Part shown: positions 10,846 through 20,317 of the stretch, one piece after another
Position numbering within the stretch: position 1 is the first letter of the stretch
Layout of the letters: every line of letters starts with the position of its first letter
From: Micrococcus luteus NCTC 2665
Lineage (GTDB): Bacteria > Actinomycetota > Actinomycetes > Actinomycetales > Micrococcaceae
Direction of reading: 5' to 3'
Length of the DNA: 32,000 bases
Assembly (NCBI RefSeq): GCF_000023205.1
Contig: NC_012803.1
Location: 1,080,001-1,112,000, forward strand
The notes under the pieces: generated by a model
What the model was told of the DNA's origin: nothing
Seen by the model: the letters and a program-made list of their open reading frames with translations, nothing else
Databases searched by the model: none
Translations under genes and position numbers: made by a program

Positions 10846-10876
10846 GCCGCCGCCCGGGCCTGCCCCGGGCGGCGGC
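10846..10876 (+). terminator. GC-rich hairpin after rne
   Basis: gccgccgcccggg (10846-10858) pairs with cccgggcggcggc (10864-10876). It lies 12 nt after the rne stop. Confidence 0.5.
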
Positions 10877-10897
10877 GACGCGCCGACACGCCTCTGT

Positions 10898-10927
10898 TTG
10901 GTCCGGACGCCCGGCAGCGAGTATGCT
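10898..10927 (+). promoter_or_regulatory. candidate promoter for rplU-rpmA
   Basis: TTGGTC (10898-10903), 18-nt spacer, TATGCT (10922-10927). A ~135-nt leader follows. Identified by eye only. Confidence 0.3.
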
Positions 10928-11065
10928 GGACCATCGGTGTTCACCGCCCGCACGCTCCCGCATGTCCCGGTGAGGGACCGCCGGACCCGGACGCAGCCGC
11001 GGTCGAGGTGCGGGCGAGCAGAACCCGATCTGATCCATTGAAACGTCGAGAGAAGTGAGTCCCAA

Positions 11066-11371
11066 GTGGTGTACGCGATTGTCCGCGCTGGCGGCCGCCA
11101 GGAGAAGGTTTCCGTCGGAGACCTCGTTACCCTTGACCGCGTTCCCGCTGAGACCGGTGGCTCCGTCGAGCTGCCCGCTCTGATGCTGGTGGACGGGGAC
11201 GAGGTCAAGGCTGGCGCCGATGCCGCCGGTGTGAAGGTGACCGCCGAGGTCGTCTCCCACTCCCGTGGCAAGAAGGTCGTCATCATGAAGTACAAGAACA
11301 AGACCGGCTACAAGAAGCGCCAGGGCCACCGCTCTGAGCTGTCCACGGTCAAGATCACCGGGATCGCCTGA
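11066..11371 (+). CDS. rplU: 50S ribosomal protein L21
   Basis: MVYAIVRAGGRQEKVSVGD... with a GTG start. Confidence 0.95.
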   Translation: MVYAIVRAGGRQEKVSVGDLVTLDRVPAETGGSVELPALMLVDGDEVKAGADAAGVKVTAEVVSHSRGKKVVIMKYKNKTGYKKRQGHRSELSTVKITGIA

Positions 11372-11422
11372 GCCGTCACCGGCACCGGCGAAACCGAGCA
11401 TCCGAGAGGTTAGGCAACAGCA

Positions 11423-11680
11423 ATGGCACATAAGAAGGCCGGCAGTTCCTCGAAGAACGGCCGCGATTCGAACCCGCAGTACCTCGGCGTCAAGCGCTAC
11501 GGCGGCGAGGACGTCAACGCCGGCGAGATCATCGTCCGCCAGCGTGGCACCAAGTTCCACCCGGGCCGCAACGTCGGCCGCGGCAAGGACGACACCCTCT
11601 TCGCGCTGTCCGCGGGCTCCGTGGCCTTCGGCCAGCGCCGCGGCCGCAAGGTCGTGGACATCGTCCCCGCCGCGGAGTGA
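11423..11680 (+). CDS. rpmA: 50S ribosomal protein L27
   Basis: [28 protein letters not shown]...[13 protein letters not shown]. Confidence 0.95.
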   Translation: MAHKKAGSSSKNGRDSNPQYLGVKRYGGEDVNAGEIIVRQRGTKFHPGRNVGRGKDDTLFALSAGSVAFGQRRGRKVVDIVPAAE

Positions 11681-11747
11681 TCTGACACTCGTGCGGTCTG
11701 CGTGCGGACCCTCGCCCGGCGAGGACACCCGCACCCCCTGACGCCCC

Positions 11748-11787
11748 GGCGGGGGCGGGCCCGGCATCCACCGGACCCGCCCCCGCC
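11748..11787 (+). terminator. hairpin after rpmA
   Basis: ggcgggggcgggcccgg (11748-11764) pairs with ccggacccgcccccgcc (11771-11787). The stem is 17 bp with 1 mismatch, around a 6-nt loop. Confidence 0.5.
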
Positions 11788-11849
11788 GTCGGCGTCTCCG
11801 GCCCCTGGGCCGTCTGAGTCCGATCCCTCCAGCCCCTAGGAGCACTCCC

Positions 11850-13397
11850 ATGGCAGCCTTCGTGGACCGCGTGGTCCTCCACCTCACCGCCGGCAACGGC
11901 GGGCACGGGTGCGTCTCCGTGCATCGCGAGAAGTTCAAGCCCCTGGGTGGCCCCGACGGCGGGGACGGCGGCGACGGCGGTGACATCACCCTCGTGGTGG
12001 ACTCGCAGACCACCACGCTGCTGGACTACCACCACGCCCCGCATCGGTCTGCCGAGAACGGCCAGCCGGGCATGGGCGACCACCGCGAGGGCAAGAACGG
12101 CCAGTCGCTCGTGCTGCCCGTGCCGGACGGCACGGTGGTCAAGGACGAGCAGGGCAACATCGTGGCCGATCTCGTGGGGGAGGGCGCGACCTACGTCGCC
12201 GCCGCCGGCGGTCAGGGCGGCCTCGGCAACGCGGCCCTGGCCTCCGTGAAGCGCAAGGCGCCCGGCTTCGCGCTGCTCGGCCTGCCGGGGGAGAGCCGGG
12301 ACCTGACGCTCGAGATCAAGACCGTGGCGGACGTCGCGCTCGTGGGCTTCCCCTCGGCCGGCAAGTCCTCCCTCATCGCGGCCCTGTCTGCGGCCCGTCC
12401 CAAGATTGCGGACTACCCGTTCACCACGCTCGTGCCCAACCTCGGGGTCGTGCAGGCCGGCGACGTGCGCTTCACCGTGGCCGACGTCCCGGGCCTGATC
12501 CCCGGTGCCTCGGAGGGCCGCGGCCTCGGCCTGGAGTTCCTGCGCCACGTCGAGCGCTGTGCCGCGCTCGTGCACGTCCTCGACTGCGGCAGCCTCGAGT
12601 CCGACCGCGACCCGATCGCCGACTTCGAGGCCATCGAGGCCGAGCTCGAGGCCTACGCGGTGGAGCCCGTCTTCTCCCAGGGCGGGGAGGGCGTCGTGCC
12701 GCTGAACGAGCGGCCCCGCCTCATCGCCCTGAACAAGACCGACCTGCCCGAGGGCGCCGCGATGGCGGACATGGTCCGCGACGAGCTCGAGGGCCGTGGC
12801 CTGCGGGTCTTCGACATCTCCGCGCTGGCCCGCGAGGGCCTGGACGCCCTCAAGTACGCCATGGCCGAGCTCGTGGCGGAGGCCCGTTCCCGGGTGGTCG
12901 AGCCCGTGCCGGCCGCGCCCGTCGAGGTGCCGCGCCGGCATCGCCGCCGCGGCGAGCGGGCCGAATTCACGATCCGCCGCGAGGAGCGCAACCTCGAGCC
13001 GCTGTTCCGCGTGCGCGGCGAGAAGCCCGAGCGGTGGGTGGCCCAGACGGACTTCCAGAACGACGAGGCGATCGGCTACCTGGCGGACCGGCTCCAGCGG
13101 GCCGGCGTCGAGGACGGCCTGTTCAAGGCCGGCGCGAGGCCGGGTGACGCCGTGGTGATCGGCGACGACGTCACGGGCGTGGTCTTCGACTGGGAGCCCA
13201 CGCTGTCCGCGGGAGCCGAGCTGCTCGCCGGGCCCCGTGGCACCGACCTGCGGCTCGACGAGCGCACCCGCGCGACCCGCGCGGAGAAGCGCGCCGAGCA
13301 GGATGCCCGCCGGGCCGCCCGTGCGGCGACCCGGGCCGAGATGGAGGCCGAGCGACGCTCCGGCCTGTGGACCGACACCGACGATCGAGAGGGATGA
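11850..13397 (+). CDS. obg: GTPase Obg/CgtA
   Basis: Obg fold with Gly-rich N-terminus [29 protein letters not shown]1 motif GFPSAGKSS and G3 motif DVPGLI. C-terminal OCT-type extension. AGGAG precedes the ATG. Confidence 0.95.
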   Translation: MAAFVDRVVLHLTAGNGGHGCVSVHREKFKPLGGPDGGDGGDGGDITLVVDSQTTTLLDYHHAPHRSAENGQPGMGDHREGKNGQSLVLPVPDGTVVKDEQGNIVADLVGEGATYVAAAGGQGGLGNAALASVKRKAPGFALLGLPGESRDLTLEIKTVADVALVGFPSAGKSSLIAALSAARPKIADYPFTTLVPNLGVVQAGDVRFTVADVPGLIPGASEGRGLGLEFLRHVERCAALVHVLDCGSLESDRDPIADFEAIEAELEAYAVEPVFSQGGEGVVPLNERPRLIALNKTDLPEGAAMADMVRDELEGRGLRVFDISALAREGLDALKYAMAELVAEARSRVVEPVPAAPVEVPRRHRRRGERAEFTIRREERNLEPLFRVRGEKPERWVAQTDFQNDEAIGYLADRLQRAGVEDGLFKAGARPGDAVVIGDDVTGVVFDWEPTLSAGAELLAGPRGTDLRLDERTRATRAEKRAEQDARRAARAATRAEMEAERRSGLWTDTDDREG

Positions 13398-13400
13398 TCC

Positions 13401-14606
13401 ATGTCCGTGCGGCGCACCGTCGTCACCCGCTATCCGACCCCCGCCACGCGCGGCTCTGAGGACCCGCAGGCCAACCCCGTGACCTCGCGGGAGACGATGC
13501 AGGCCGCACGCCGAGTGGTCGTGAAGATCGGTTCGTCCTCGTTGACCACCCCGGACGGCCTGGACGTGGCGGCCATCGACCGGCTCGTGGACGTCCTCGC
13601 CGCCGAGCGGCAGAAGGGCACCCAGGTGGTGCTCGTGTCCTCCGGCGCCATCGCGGCCGGCTTCCCCCACCTCGGGCTGGGCCGACGCCCCAAGGACACC
13701 GCCACCCAGCAGGCCTCGGCGGCGGTCGGCCAGAGCAAGCTCATGGCGCACTACACCACGAGCTTCGGCCGGCACGACACCGAGGTGGCCCAGGTGCTCC
13801 TGACCGCCGAAGAGCTCATGCGGCGCACCCAGTACACGAACGCGCACCGCGCCCTGTCGCGGCTGCTCACGCTCGATGTGATGCCGATCGTGAACGAGAA
13901 CGACGCCGTGGCCACGCGCGAGATCCGCTTCGGCGACAACGACCGCCTCGCGGCCCTCACCGCCAACCTCTGCAAGGCGGACCTGCTGGTCCTGCTCTCG
14001 GACGTGGACGCGCTCTACACGGGCCACCCCTCCCACCCGGACGCGCGGCGCATCCCGGAGGTCACCTCGGACGACGATCTGGCCGGCGTCGACGTGCGTG
14101 TGCCCGGTTCCGCGGGCGTGGGCACGGGCGGCATGGTGACCAAGGTGGACGCGGCCGGCATCGCGGCCACCACCGGCATCCCGACCCTGCTCACCTCGGC
14201 CGCGAACGCGGGCGCCGCGTTCGCGGGGGAGGACGTGGGCACGTGGTTCTCCGCCACCGGCCGCCGCCGGTCCGCACGCGCGGCGTGGCTCGGCCTCACG
14301 GCGGAGGTCCGGGGCCGGCTCGTCATCGACGACGGCGCGGTGGCCGGGGCGATCGACCGCGGCCGCTCCCTGCTGGCCGCGGGCATCACCGGCTGCACGG
14401 GCGACTTCACGCCGGGCGACGTCGTCGAGATCGTGGACGCGCACGGCCGGGTGCGGGCGCGCGGCCTCGTGCAGTACTCCTCGTCGCAGCTGCCCGCCAT
14501 GCTCGGGCGGACGACCGCCGACCTCCGCCAGGACCTCGGCGCGGGCTACGACGGCGTCGTCGTGCACGCCGACGACTGGGTGCGTCTGACTCCGCCGCAG
14601 CGCTGA
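13401..14606 (+). CDS. proB: glutamate 5-kinase
   Basis: VVKIGSSSLT...VLVSSGAIAAG...NENDAV, plus a PUA-like C-terminus. ATG 13401 has GAGAGGGA upstream; ATG 13497 is an alternative shorter start. Confidence 0.9.
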   Translation: MSVRRTVVTRYPTPATRGSEDPQANPVTSRETMQAARRVVVKIGSSSLTTPDGLDVAAIDRLVDVLAAERQKGTQVVLVSSGAIAAGFPHLGLGRRPKDTATQQASAAVGQSKLMAHYTTSFGRHDTEVAQVLLTAEELMRRTQYTNAHRALSRLLTLDVMPIVNENDAVATREIRFGDNDRLAALTANLCKADLLVLLSDVDALYTGHPSHPDARRIPEVTSDDDLAGVDVRVPGSAGVGTGGMVTKVDAAGIAATTGIPTLLTSAANAGAAFAGEDVGTWFSATGRRRSARAAWLGLTAEVRGRLVIDDGAVAGAIDRGRSLLAAGITGCTGDFTPGDVVEIVDAHGRVRARGLVQYSSSQLPAMLGRTTADLRQDLGAGYDGVVVHADDWVRLTPPQR

Positions 14607-14678
14607 CCGGCACGGGCTCCGGCCGAGTCGACGGACCGGGCCTCGTGCCTCGTCCGGGGCGCTCGATAGGCTGGCGGC

Positions 14679-16028
14679 ATGCAGACCACCGAGAGCACCG
14701 CACCCCAGGATCAGTCCGGCCGCCAGGACGCCGAGGCGCCGAGGCCCGAGGTCGAGGAGGCCGTCCGCCAGCGGGCCGAGTGGGCGCGTCAGGCCGTGCC
14801 CGAGCTGGCCATCGCCGGCCGCGCCCGCAAGGACGCCGTCCTGCGCCACATGGCCGAGGCGCTGCGCGCCAACACGGCCGCGATCCTCACGGCCAACCGC
14901 GAGGACCGCGGCCGGGGCCGCGAGGCCGGCACCTCGGCGGCCATGCTGGACCGCCTCAAGCTGGACGAGGCGCGCGTCGAGGCGCTGGCCCTCGCCCTGG
15001 AGACCCTGGCCGGCCTGCCGGACCCCGTGGGCACCGTGGTCCGCGGCGGTCCGCTGCCCAACGGCGTGCGGATGAGCCAGGTGCGGGTGCCCCTGGGCGT
15101 CGTGGGCGCCGTGTACGAGGCCCGTCCGAACGTCACGGTGGACATCGCCGGCATCGCCCTGAAGTCGGGCAACGGCGTGATCCTGCGCGGCGGCTCGGCC
15201 GCGGAGTCCACCAACGCGGTCCTGATCCAGGTGCTGCGCGAGGCGCTCGTGGACCAGGGCTTCGACCCCAACATCATCCAGGGCATCGACGACCTCGGAC
15301 GTCCCGGCGTCGCCGCGCTGATGGCCGCCCGTGGCGCGGTGGACGTCCTCGTCCCGCGCGGCGGCCGTGAGCTGATCCAGCGCGTGGTCCGCGAGGCCCG
15401 GGTGCCCGTGATCGAGACGGGTGAGGGCAACGTGCATCTGTACGTGGACGCCTCCGCACCCAAGCAGATGGCGGTGGACATCGCGCTCAACTCGAAGACC
15501 CACCGCACCTCCGTGTGCAATGCGGCCGAGACCCTGCTGCTCCACCGGGACGCGGAGGAGACGGGCCGAGAAGTGCTGCGCGCCCTCACCCGTGCCGGCG
15601 TGCTGCTGCACGTGGACGAGGCCGCGCGGGCCTGGCTGCCCACGCTCGCCGACCGCGGCGACCGCGCCCGGGACGCCGTGGACGCCACGGAGGAGGACTG
15701 GGGCACCGAGTACCTGGACATGGAGATGGCCGTGCGCGTCGTGGACTCCCTCGACCAGGCGATCGAGCACATCGGCCGGTGGTCCACGGGCCACACCGAG
15801 GCCATCGTCACGAACGACCTGGCCGCGGCCGAGCGGTTCATCACCGAGGTGGACGCCGCGGCCGTCATCGTGAACGCGTCCACGCGCTTCACCGACGGCG
15901 GCGAGCTCGGCCTCGGCGCCGAAGTGGGCATCTCCACCCAGAAGATGCACGCCCGCGGGCCCATGGGCCTGGAGGAGCTCACGACCACCAAGTGGATCCT
16001 GCGCGGCGACGGGCAGATCCGCCGCTGA
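14679..16028 (+). CDS. proA: glutamate-5-semialdehyde dehydrogenase (gamma-glutamyl phosphate reductase)
   Basis: 449 aa aldehyde-dehydrogenase fold. Catalytic-Cys context KTHRTSVCNAAETLLLH. Follows proB. Confidence 0.95.
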   Translation: MQTTESTAPQDQSGRQDAEAPRPEVEEAVRQRAEWARQAVPELAIAGRARKDAVLRHMAEALRANTAAILTANREDRGRGREAGTSAAMLDRLKLDEARVEALALALETLAGLPDPVGTVVRGGPLPNGVRMSQVRVPLGVVGAVYEARPNVTVDIAGIALKSGNGVILRGGSAAESTNAVLIQVLREALVDQGFDPNIIQGIDDLGRPGVAALMAARGAVDVLVPRGGRELIQRVVREARVPVIETGEGNVHLYVDASAPKQMAVDIALNSKTHRTSVCNAAETLLLHRDAEETGREVLRALTRAGVLLHVDEAARAWLPTLADRGDRARDAVDATEEDWGTEYLDMEMAVRVVDSLDQAIEHIGRWSTGHTEAIVTNDLAAAERFITEVDAAAVIVNASTRFTDGGELGLGAEVGISTQKMHARGPMGLEELTTTKWILRGDGQIRR

Positions 16029-16107
16029 GCCGGGCTACGATGGGCACCAGGACCCCTTCGGCCCGGCCCCGGCCCGGCCGCCTGACCCGCTGCACCGAGG
16101 AGCATCC

Positions 16108-16329
16108 ATGCTGAACACCTCCCTGATCCTGGCCGCCGCCGAGGGCCACCACGTCGTCAACGAGCTGCCGATGGACCCCATCTGGTACGGCCTGCTCGTC
16201 TTCGCGCTGCTGATGGCCGCCCTGGCCGCCACCATGTCCATGCGCTCCCGCGCGCTGCGCCTGCCCGAGCCCACCACCGCGGTCCAGCACCACGGCACCG
16301 GCCGCGGCTCGCACACCTCCGGTCACTGA
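16108..16329 (+). CDS. small hypothetical membrane protein (73 aa, one TM helix)
   Basis: GAGGAG lies 6 nt upstream of the ATG. Third-position GC is very high. TM segment [21 protein letters not shown]. No family recognised. Confidence 0.5.
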   Translation: MLNTSLILAAAEGHHVVNELPMDPIWYGLLVFALLMAALAATMSMRSRALRLPEPTTAVQHHGTGRGSHTSGH

Positions 16330-16403
16330 CGTCTCACCGGCCCGCCGCGTCGTCGCCTCCGCCGGGGGCGACGCTGCGGGCCGTCCGTTCGTCTCCTGAG
16401 CGC

Positions 16404-17051
16404 ATGACCGTCGCCTCCCGCACCCCCGTCACCGCGCCCACCGCCGGGCGCGCTCGCCGTCCGCGCCTCGGCATCATGGGCGGCACCTTCGACCCGATCC
16501 ACCACGGGCACCTCGTGGCCGCCTCCGAGGTGGCCGCCGAGTTCGAGCTGGACGAGGTCGTCTTCGTCCCCACGGGCCAGCCGTGGCAGAAGTCGGACCG
16601 GCAGGTCTCCCCGGCCGAGGACCGCTACCTCATGACCGTGGTGGCGACCGCCTCCAACCCCCGGTTCACCGTCTCCCGCGTGGACATCGACCGCCCCGGC
16701 GCCACCTACACCGTGGACACGCTGCGGGACCTGCACCGACTGCACCCGGACGCCGAGCTGTTCTTCATCACCGGCGCGGACGCCATGGGCCAGATCCTCA
16801 CGTGGAAGGACGTGGACGAGCTCTGGGGCCTGGCGCACTTCGTCGGTGTCACCCGTCCCGGCCACGACCTCTCGGACATGGGCCTGGGGGATGACGTGTC
16901 CCTGATGGAGATCCCCGCCATGGCGATCTCCTCCACGGACTGCCGGGAGCGCGTCCGCCGGGGCCGGCCCGTCTGGTATCTCGTCCCGGACGGCGTCGTC
17001 CAATACATCGCCAAGCACCACCTCTACGTCTCGGAAGAGGAGACCTCGTGA
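16404..17051 (+). CDS. nadD: nicotinate-nucleotide adenylyltransferase
   Basis: [15 protein letters not shown] (HxGH nucleotidyltransferase motif) and a C-terminal ISSTDCR motif. Confidence 0.9.
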   Translation: MTVASRTPVTAPTAGRARRPRLGIMGGTFDPIHHGHLVAASEVAAEFELDEVVFVPTGQPWQKSDRQVSPAEDRYLMTVVATASNPRFTVSRVDIDRPGATYTVDTLRDLHRLHPDAELFFITGADAMGQILTWKDVDELWGLAHFVGVTRPGHDLSDMGLGDDVSLMEIPAMAISSTDCRERVRRGRPVWYLVPDGVVQYIAKHHLYVSEEETS

Positions 17052-17473
17052 CCGTTCCCCAGACCACCCTGGACGCCCTCACCACCGCCGCGGCCGCCGC
17101 CGCGGACAAGCTCGGCACGCACATCGTCGCGTTCGACGTCGCCGAGCGGCTCGGCCTGACCGACGCCTTCCTGATCGCCTCCGGCGCCTCGGAGCGTCAG
17201 GTCAACGCGATCGTCGACGGCGTCGAGGAGGCGCTGCTGAAGGACGAGCAGCTCAAGCCGCTGCGTCGCGAGGGCCGGTCCGACGGCCACTGGGTGCTGC
17301 TCGACTACGGGCACTTCGTGGTGCACGTCCAGCATCGCGAGGACCGCGAGTTCTACGCGCTGGACCGCCTGTGGAAGGACACCCCGGCGATCGACCTCGG
17401 CCTGCCGGAGGAGAGCACCCGCCCGGACGCGGCCGCCCAGGACGACGGCGCCTCCGCCTCGCACGCCTCCTGA
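17048..17473 (+). CDS. rsfS: ribosome silencing factor RsfS (iojap-like)
   Basis: GTGA overlap with the nadD stop. [29 protein letters not shown]...[14 protein letters not shown]. Confidence 0.9.
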   Translation: MTVPQTTLDALTTAAAAAADKLGTHIVAFDVAERLGLTDAFLIASGASERQVNAIVDGVEEALLKDEQLKPLRREGRSDGHWVLLDYGHFVVHVQHREDREFYALDRLWKDTPAIDLGLPEESTRPDAAAQDDGASASHAS

Positions 17474-17486
17474 GCGGGGCCGCAAG

Positions 17487-18152
17487 ATGCGCCTGATCCT
17501 GCTGCGACACGGCGAGACCGACTGGAACGCCCTGGACCGCTACCAGGGGCACACGGACATCGAGCTGAACGCCGAGGGGGAGCGCCAGGCGCGCCGCGCC
17601 GCCGGCGGGCCCGTGGGCGACCTGATCGAGGACGCGGAGGAGCTCGTGGCCGTGTGCTCCCCGCTGGCCCGGGCGCGGCACACGGCCGAGATCGTCCTCC
17701 AGGCCCGCGTCGGCGCGGCATCCGTGGCCCTCGACCCGGAGCTGGTCGAGCTGGCCGGGGGAGAGTGGGAGGGCCTGGAGCTCAGTGCCATCGCGGAACG
17801 CTGGCCGGACGAGCACCGCCTCTGGCGGGCCGAGCCGGCGCTCGACGCCGGCCCCGTCGGCGGGGAGACCCTGCGCGGGGGCGGCGGGCGGGCCCTGCGC
17901 GCGCTGCGCGGACACGTGCCCTCGCACTGGGGGGACACCCCGCGCGACGGGGGCGCCCAGACTCTGCTCGCCGTGGCCCACGGTGCGCTGATCCGCGCGG
18001 CCACGGGGCTGCTCCTGCGTCACGAGGGCGAGGCCTTCGCGGCGATGGAGCGGATCGGCAACGCCCGCGCCGCCGTGCTGCAGGGCGCGTTCGCTCCCGA
18101 CACCGGGGCCGAGGGCTGGGGCGACTGGACCCTCGAGGGCTACAACATCTGA
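17487..18152 (+). CDS. histidine phosphatase family protein (phosphoglycerate-mutase-like)
   Basis: RLILLRHGETDWN (RHG catalytic motif) and a later HG in AVAHGALIRA. Confidence 0.85.
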   Translation: MRLILLRHGETDWNALDRYQGHTDIELNAEGERQARRAAGGPVGDLIEDAEELVAVCSPLARARHTAEIVLQARVGAASVALDPELVELAGGEWEGLELSAIAERWPDEHRLWRAEPALDAGPVGGETLRGGGGRALRALRGHVPSHWGDTPRDGGAQTLLAVAHGALIRAATGLLLRHEGEAFAAMERIGNARAAVLQGAFAPDTGAEGWGDWTLEGYNI

Positions 18153-18176
18153 GGGCGCCTCGGCCCGGACGCCGAT

Positions 18177-18205
18177 TTGGTGCCCGCGCGGGGACCGTGT
18201 ACGCT
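18177..18205 (+). promoter_or_regulatory. candidate promoter of tRNA-Ala copy 1
   Basis: TTGGTG (18177-18182), 17-nt spacer, TACGCT (18200-18205). Identified by eye only. Confidence 0.3.
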
Positions 18206-18273
18206 GGTCGAGTTGCCAGCGAGGCGAACGGGCCGGAAACGGCGCGTGAACATCGCGGGTGACGCCCACATCT

Positions 18274-18346
18274 GGGGGTATGGCGCAGTTGGTAGCGCGT
18301 CTGCATGGCATGCAGAAGGTCAGGGGTTCGAATCCCCTTACCTCCA
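18274..18346 (+). tRNA. tRNA-Ala (anticodon GGC), copy 1
   Basis: A 73-nt cloverleaf folded by hand. Acceptor GGGGGTA/TACCTCC with the G3:U70 Ala identity pair. Anticodon loop ATGGCAT, T-loop TTCGAAT, discriminator A. CCA is not encoded. Confidence 0.9.
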
Positions 18347-18399
18347 CCGCACGCACAAGGCTCGAACCCTTGCCAACGGAAACGTCGGTCGAGGCTCGG

Positions 18400-18995
18400 G
18401 CCTTGTGTGCGTCTGCGGCCCAGGTCAGAGCGTTGGCGTTGACCTGCGGATCGAGCAGCATCTCGAAGGGCCGGTTGTGCTCGACACGCAGCTCGTTGTC
18501 CTCGTCGATGAAGACCTTCGTGAAGAACGCCTGATTGTACAGCCGCCGGCTGGTGTCGTCGCACCGGGTGTAGATGTCGGCGCAGTTGGCGAGCAGCCCG
18601 AGGGCGTCGTCGAGGTGGGCGCGGGCGTCGGCGTAGTCACCGAAGTGCGCGTCGATGCGACGGGTCACCTGGTCGAGTTCGGGGACGATCCGGTCCTGCT
18701 CGCGCTGGAGCACGGAGAGCGGGATCGCATCGGCGTAGTGCGCCTGCATGAGCCGGTCCTGCTCGCTTTCGAGCCGGTCGCGGTTGGTGGTGAGGCGTTC
18801 CAGTTCCTCGGTTTCGGCGGCCATGAGCCGGTCGAACTCGTGGTGGAGCATGCTCGCGAGTGCGTCCTGCTGGGCGGGCGTGATCTGGACGCGGGTGTAG
18901 TAGTCCGCGACAAGTTTCTCGACGTCTTCGATGAGCATCGCCTGGCGCGTGCAGCAGTCCCGGGCGCCGCCCGAGTCGGCTGCGCAGAAGATCGA
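18400..18995 (-). pseudogene. large serine recombinase remnant (C-terminal zinc-ribbon / coiled-coil part only; catalytic domain absent)
   Basis: The minus-strand frame reads ...IFCAADSGGARDCCTRQAMLIEDVEKLVADYYTRVQITPAQQDALASMLHHEFDRLMAAETEELERLTTNRDRLESEQDRLMQAHYADAIPLSVLQREQDRI...RRLYNQAFFTKVFIDEDNELRVEHNRPFEMLL. This resembles recalled C-terminal regions of actinobacterial large serine recombinases. No resolvase-type N-terminal domain is seen upstream. The frame has no stop before running antisense through the tRNA. Confidence 0.6.
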
Positions 18996-19306
18996 CGCTG
19001 CGAGGGCGCGAGCCACGCTCACGCAGGCAACCGACGTCGCCGGTACGCGCGCGGGACGTAGCGGGCCTCGGCCGGTCGAACACAGATCGCTCGGCCGCTC
19101 GCTGTAAGTCCCGTGGCAGGCGGGCGATCTGCGGAGGGTAGCGTCGTCCACCTGCCTGAAACCGAACCCGTGCCGTGGGCGGAGGGAGCATCTGGCACGA
19201 CCTTGTCTCTCTCGGCAGGTGCTCCCCGCAGCGAGAGGTCGCTACCGGTACACTTTGAAGATCACCACCCGGCTTTAGAGGCGTGCCACTGAGAGGAGGT
19301 CCCCTG

Positions 19307-20317
19307 ATGGCGACCAACGATCAGCTCAAGGCACTCGTAAAGAGCCACGCCGACGGGGACGACCCGCAGTTCTACTCGGTGGCCATGCAGGTCGCAGCCA
19401 AAGCCGCGCGCGCTGGGCAGTCGAAGTTCGCCCAGGAGCTTCGCGACCTCGTCAACGACCTCCGTGAGCGATCTGGCCAACGCGCCCGCATCGCCGCCGT
19501 GGTTCCGTTCGCTCAGCCGAAGGGTGAGCTCGGGGCGCTGCTGAACGTCTCGTACCCCGAGGCCAGACTGAGCGATCTTGTGCTCACGGACAAGCTTCAT
19601 GAACGACTGACGCACGTACTGCTGGAACAGCGACAGCGTGACGCGCTGGCACGACATGGCCTGACCCCTGCGCGGCGCCTTTTGCTCACTGGGCCGCCAG
19701 GCACTGGGAAGACATCTACTGCGCGCGTGATCGCGGGCGAACTAGGACTTCCGCTGTTCTCGATCAGACTGGATACAGTGCTGACGAAGTTCATGGGAGA
19801 GACTGCCGCGAAACTGCGTCTTGTATTCGATGCGCTCGCCGAGACTCGTGGTGTCTACCTCTTCGACGAGGTTGACGCACTCGGTGGCGACCGCGCCGCA
19901 CAGAATGACGTAGGGGAGATTCGTCGAGTACTCAACTCGTTCCTACAGTTCCTCGAGGAGGACACGTCAGACAGCGTCATCATTGCTGCAACGAACCATC
20001 CCAGCCTGTTGGACAACGCACTGTTCCGTAGGTTTGACACCGTGATGGACTTCGCTCTGCCGGACGACGCGGCAGTGGAATCAGTTATCAAGAACCGGCT
20101 CGCGTCGTTCCACATCTACAACCTGAGCTGGTCACGAATCATCCCAGCAGCTCGTGGTCTGAGCCACGCTGAGATCGCGACAGCCGCCGAGAACGCCGCT
20201 AGCGAACCGTCCTTGGTGGACGCACCCAAGTGCGTACCGATGATGTTGTCATCGCTTTGGAAGAACGTCCGCGCTCCAAGCGTCGGACTGACGGGGCGAA
20301 CTAGCGGAGATGGCTGA
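19307..20317 (+). CDS. AAA+ ATPase, IetA-like; probable 1-nt frameshift near codon 298
   Basis: GAGGAGG lies 7 nt upstream of ATG 19307. Walker A GPPGTGKT (19691-19714). Walker B VYLFDEVD (D187/E188 at 19865-19870). Sensor-1 IIAATNHP and Arg-finger region LFRRFD. The tail after 20200 reads better in another frame (see findings). Confidence 0.85.
   Translation: MATNDQLKALVKSHADGDDPQFYSVAMQVAAKAARAGQSKFAQELRDLVNDLRERSGQRARIAAVVPFAQPKGELGALLNVSYPEARLSDLVLTDKLHERLTHVLLEQRQRDALARHGLTPARRLLLTGPPGTGKTSTARVIAGELGLPLFSIRLDTVLTKFMGETAAKLRLVFDALAETRGVYLFDEVDALGGDRAAQNDVGEIRRVLNSFLQFLEEDTSDSVIIAATNHPSLLDNALFRRFDTVMDFALPDDAAVESVIKNRLASFHIYNLSWSRIIPAARGLSHAEIATAAENAASEPSLVDAPKCVPMMLSSLWKNVRAPSVGLTGRTSGDG

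Noticed and set aside
10928-11065. Structured ribosomal-protein leader upstream of rplU
   Set aside because: Only short local hairpins (for example gtccc-ggtga-gggac) are visible. I know of no established actinobacterial L21 leader to compare with, so there is not enough evidence to call it.
7172-12016. 1614-aa ORF on the minus strand spanning rne, rplU and rpmA
   Set aside because: It is antisense to four well-supported genes. The composition is Arg/Gly/Ala/Pro-rich with no motifs, as expected of a shadow ORF in >70% GC DNA.
11529-15950. 1473-aa minus-strand ORF opposite obg, proB and proA
   Set aside because: It has the same GC-driven shadow-ORF character. The + strand genes have clear family motifs and ribosome-binding sites.
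17253-18348. Downstream (C-terminal) ~365 codons (17253-18348) of the 632-aa minus ORF 17253..19151
   Set aside because: Only 18349-18995 looks recombinase-like. The rest is antisense read-through across the tRNA and the histidine phosphatase gene, because no stop happens to occur.
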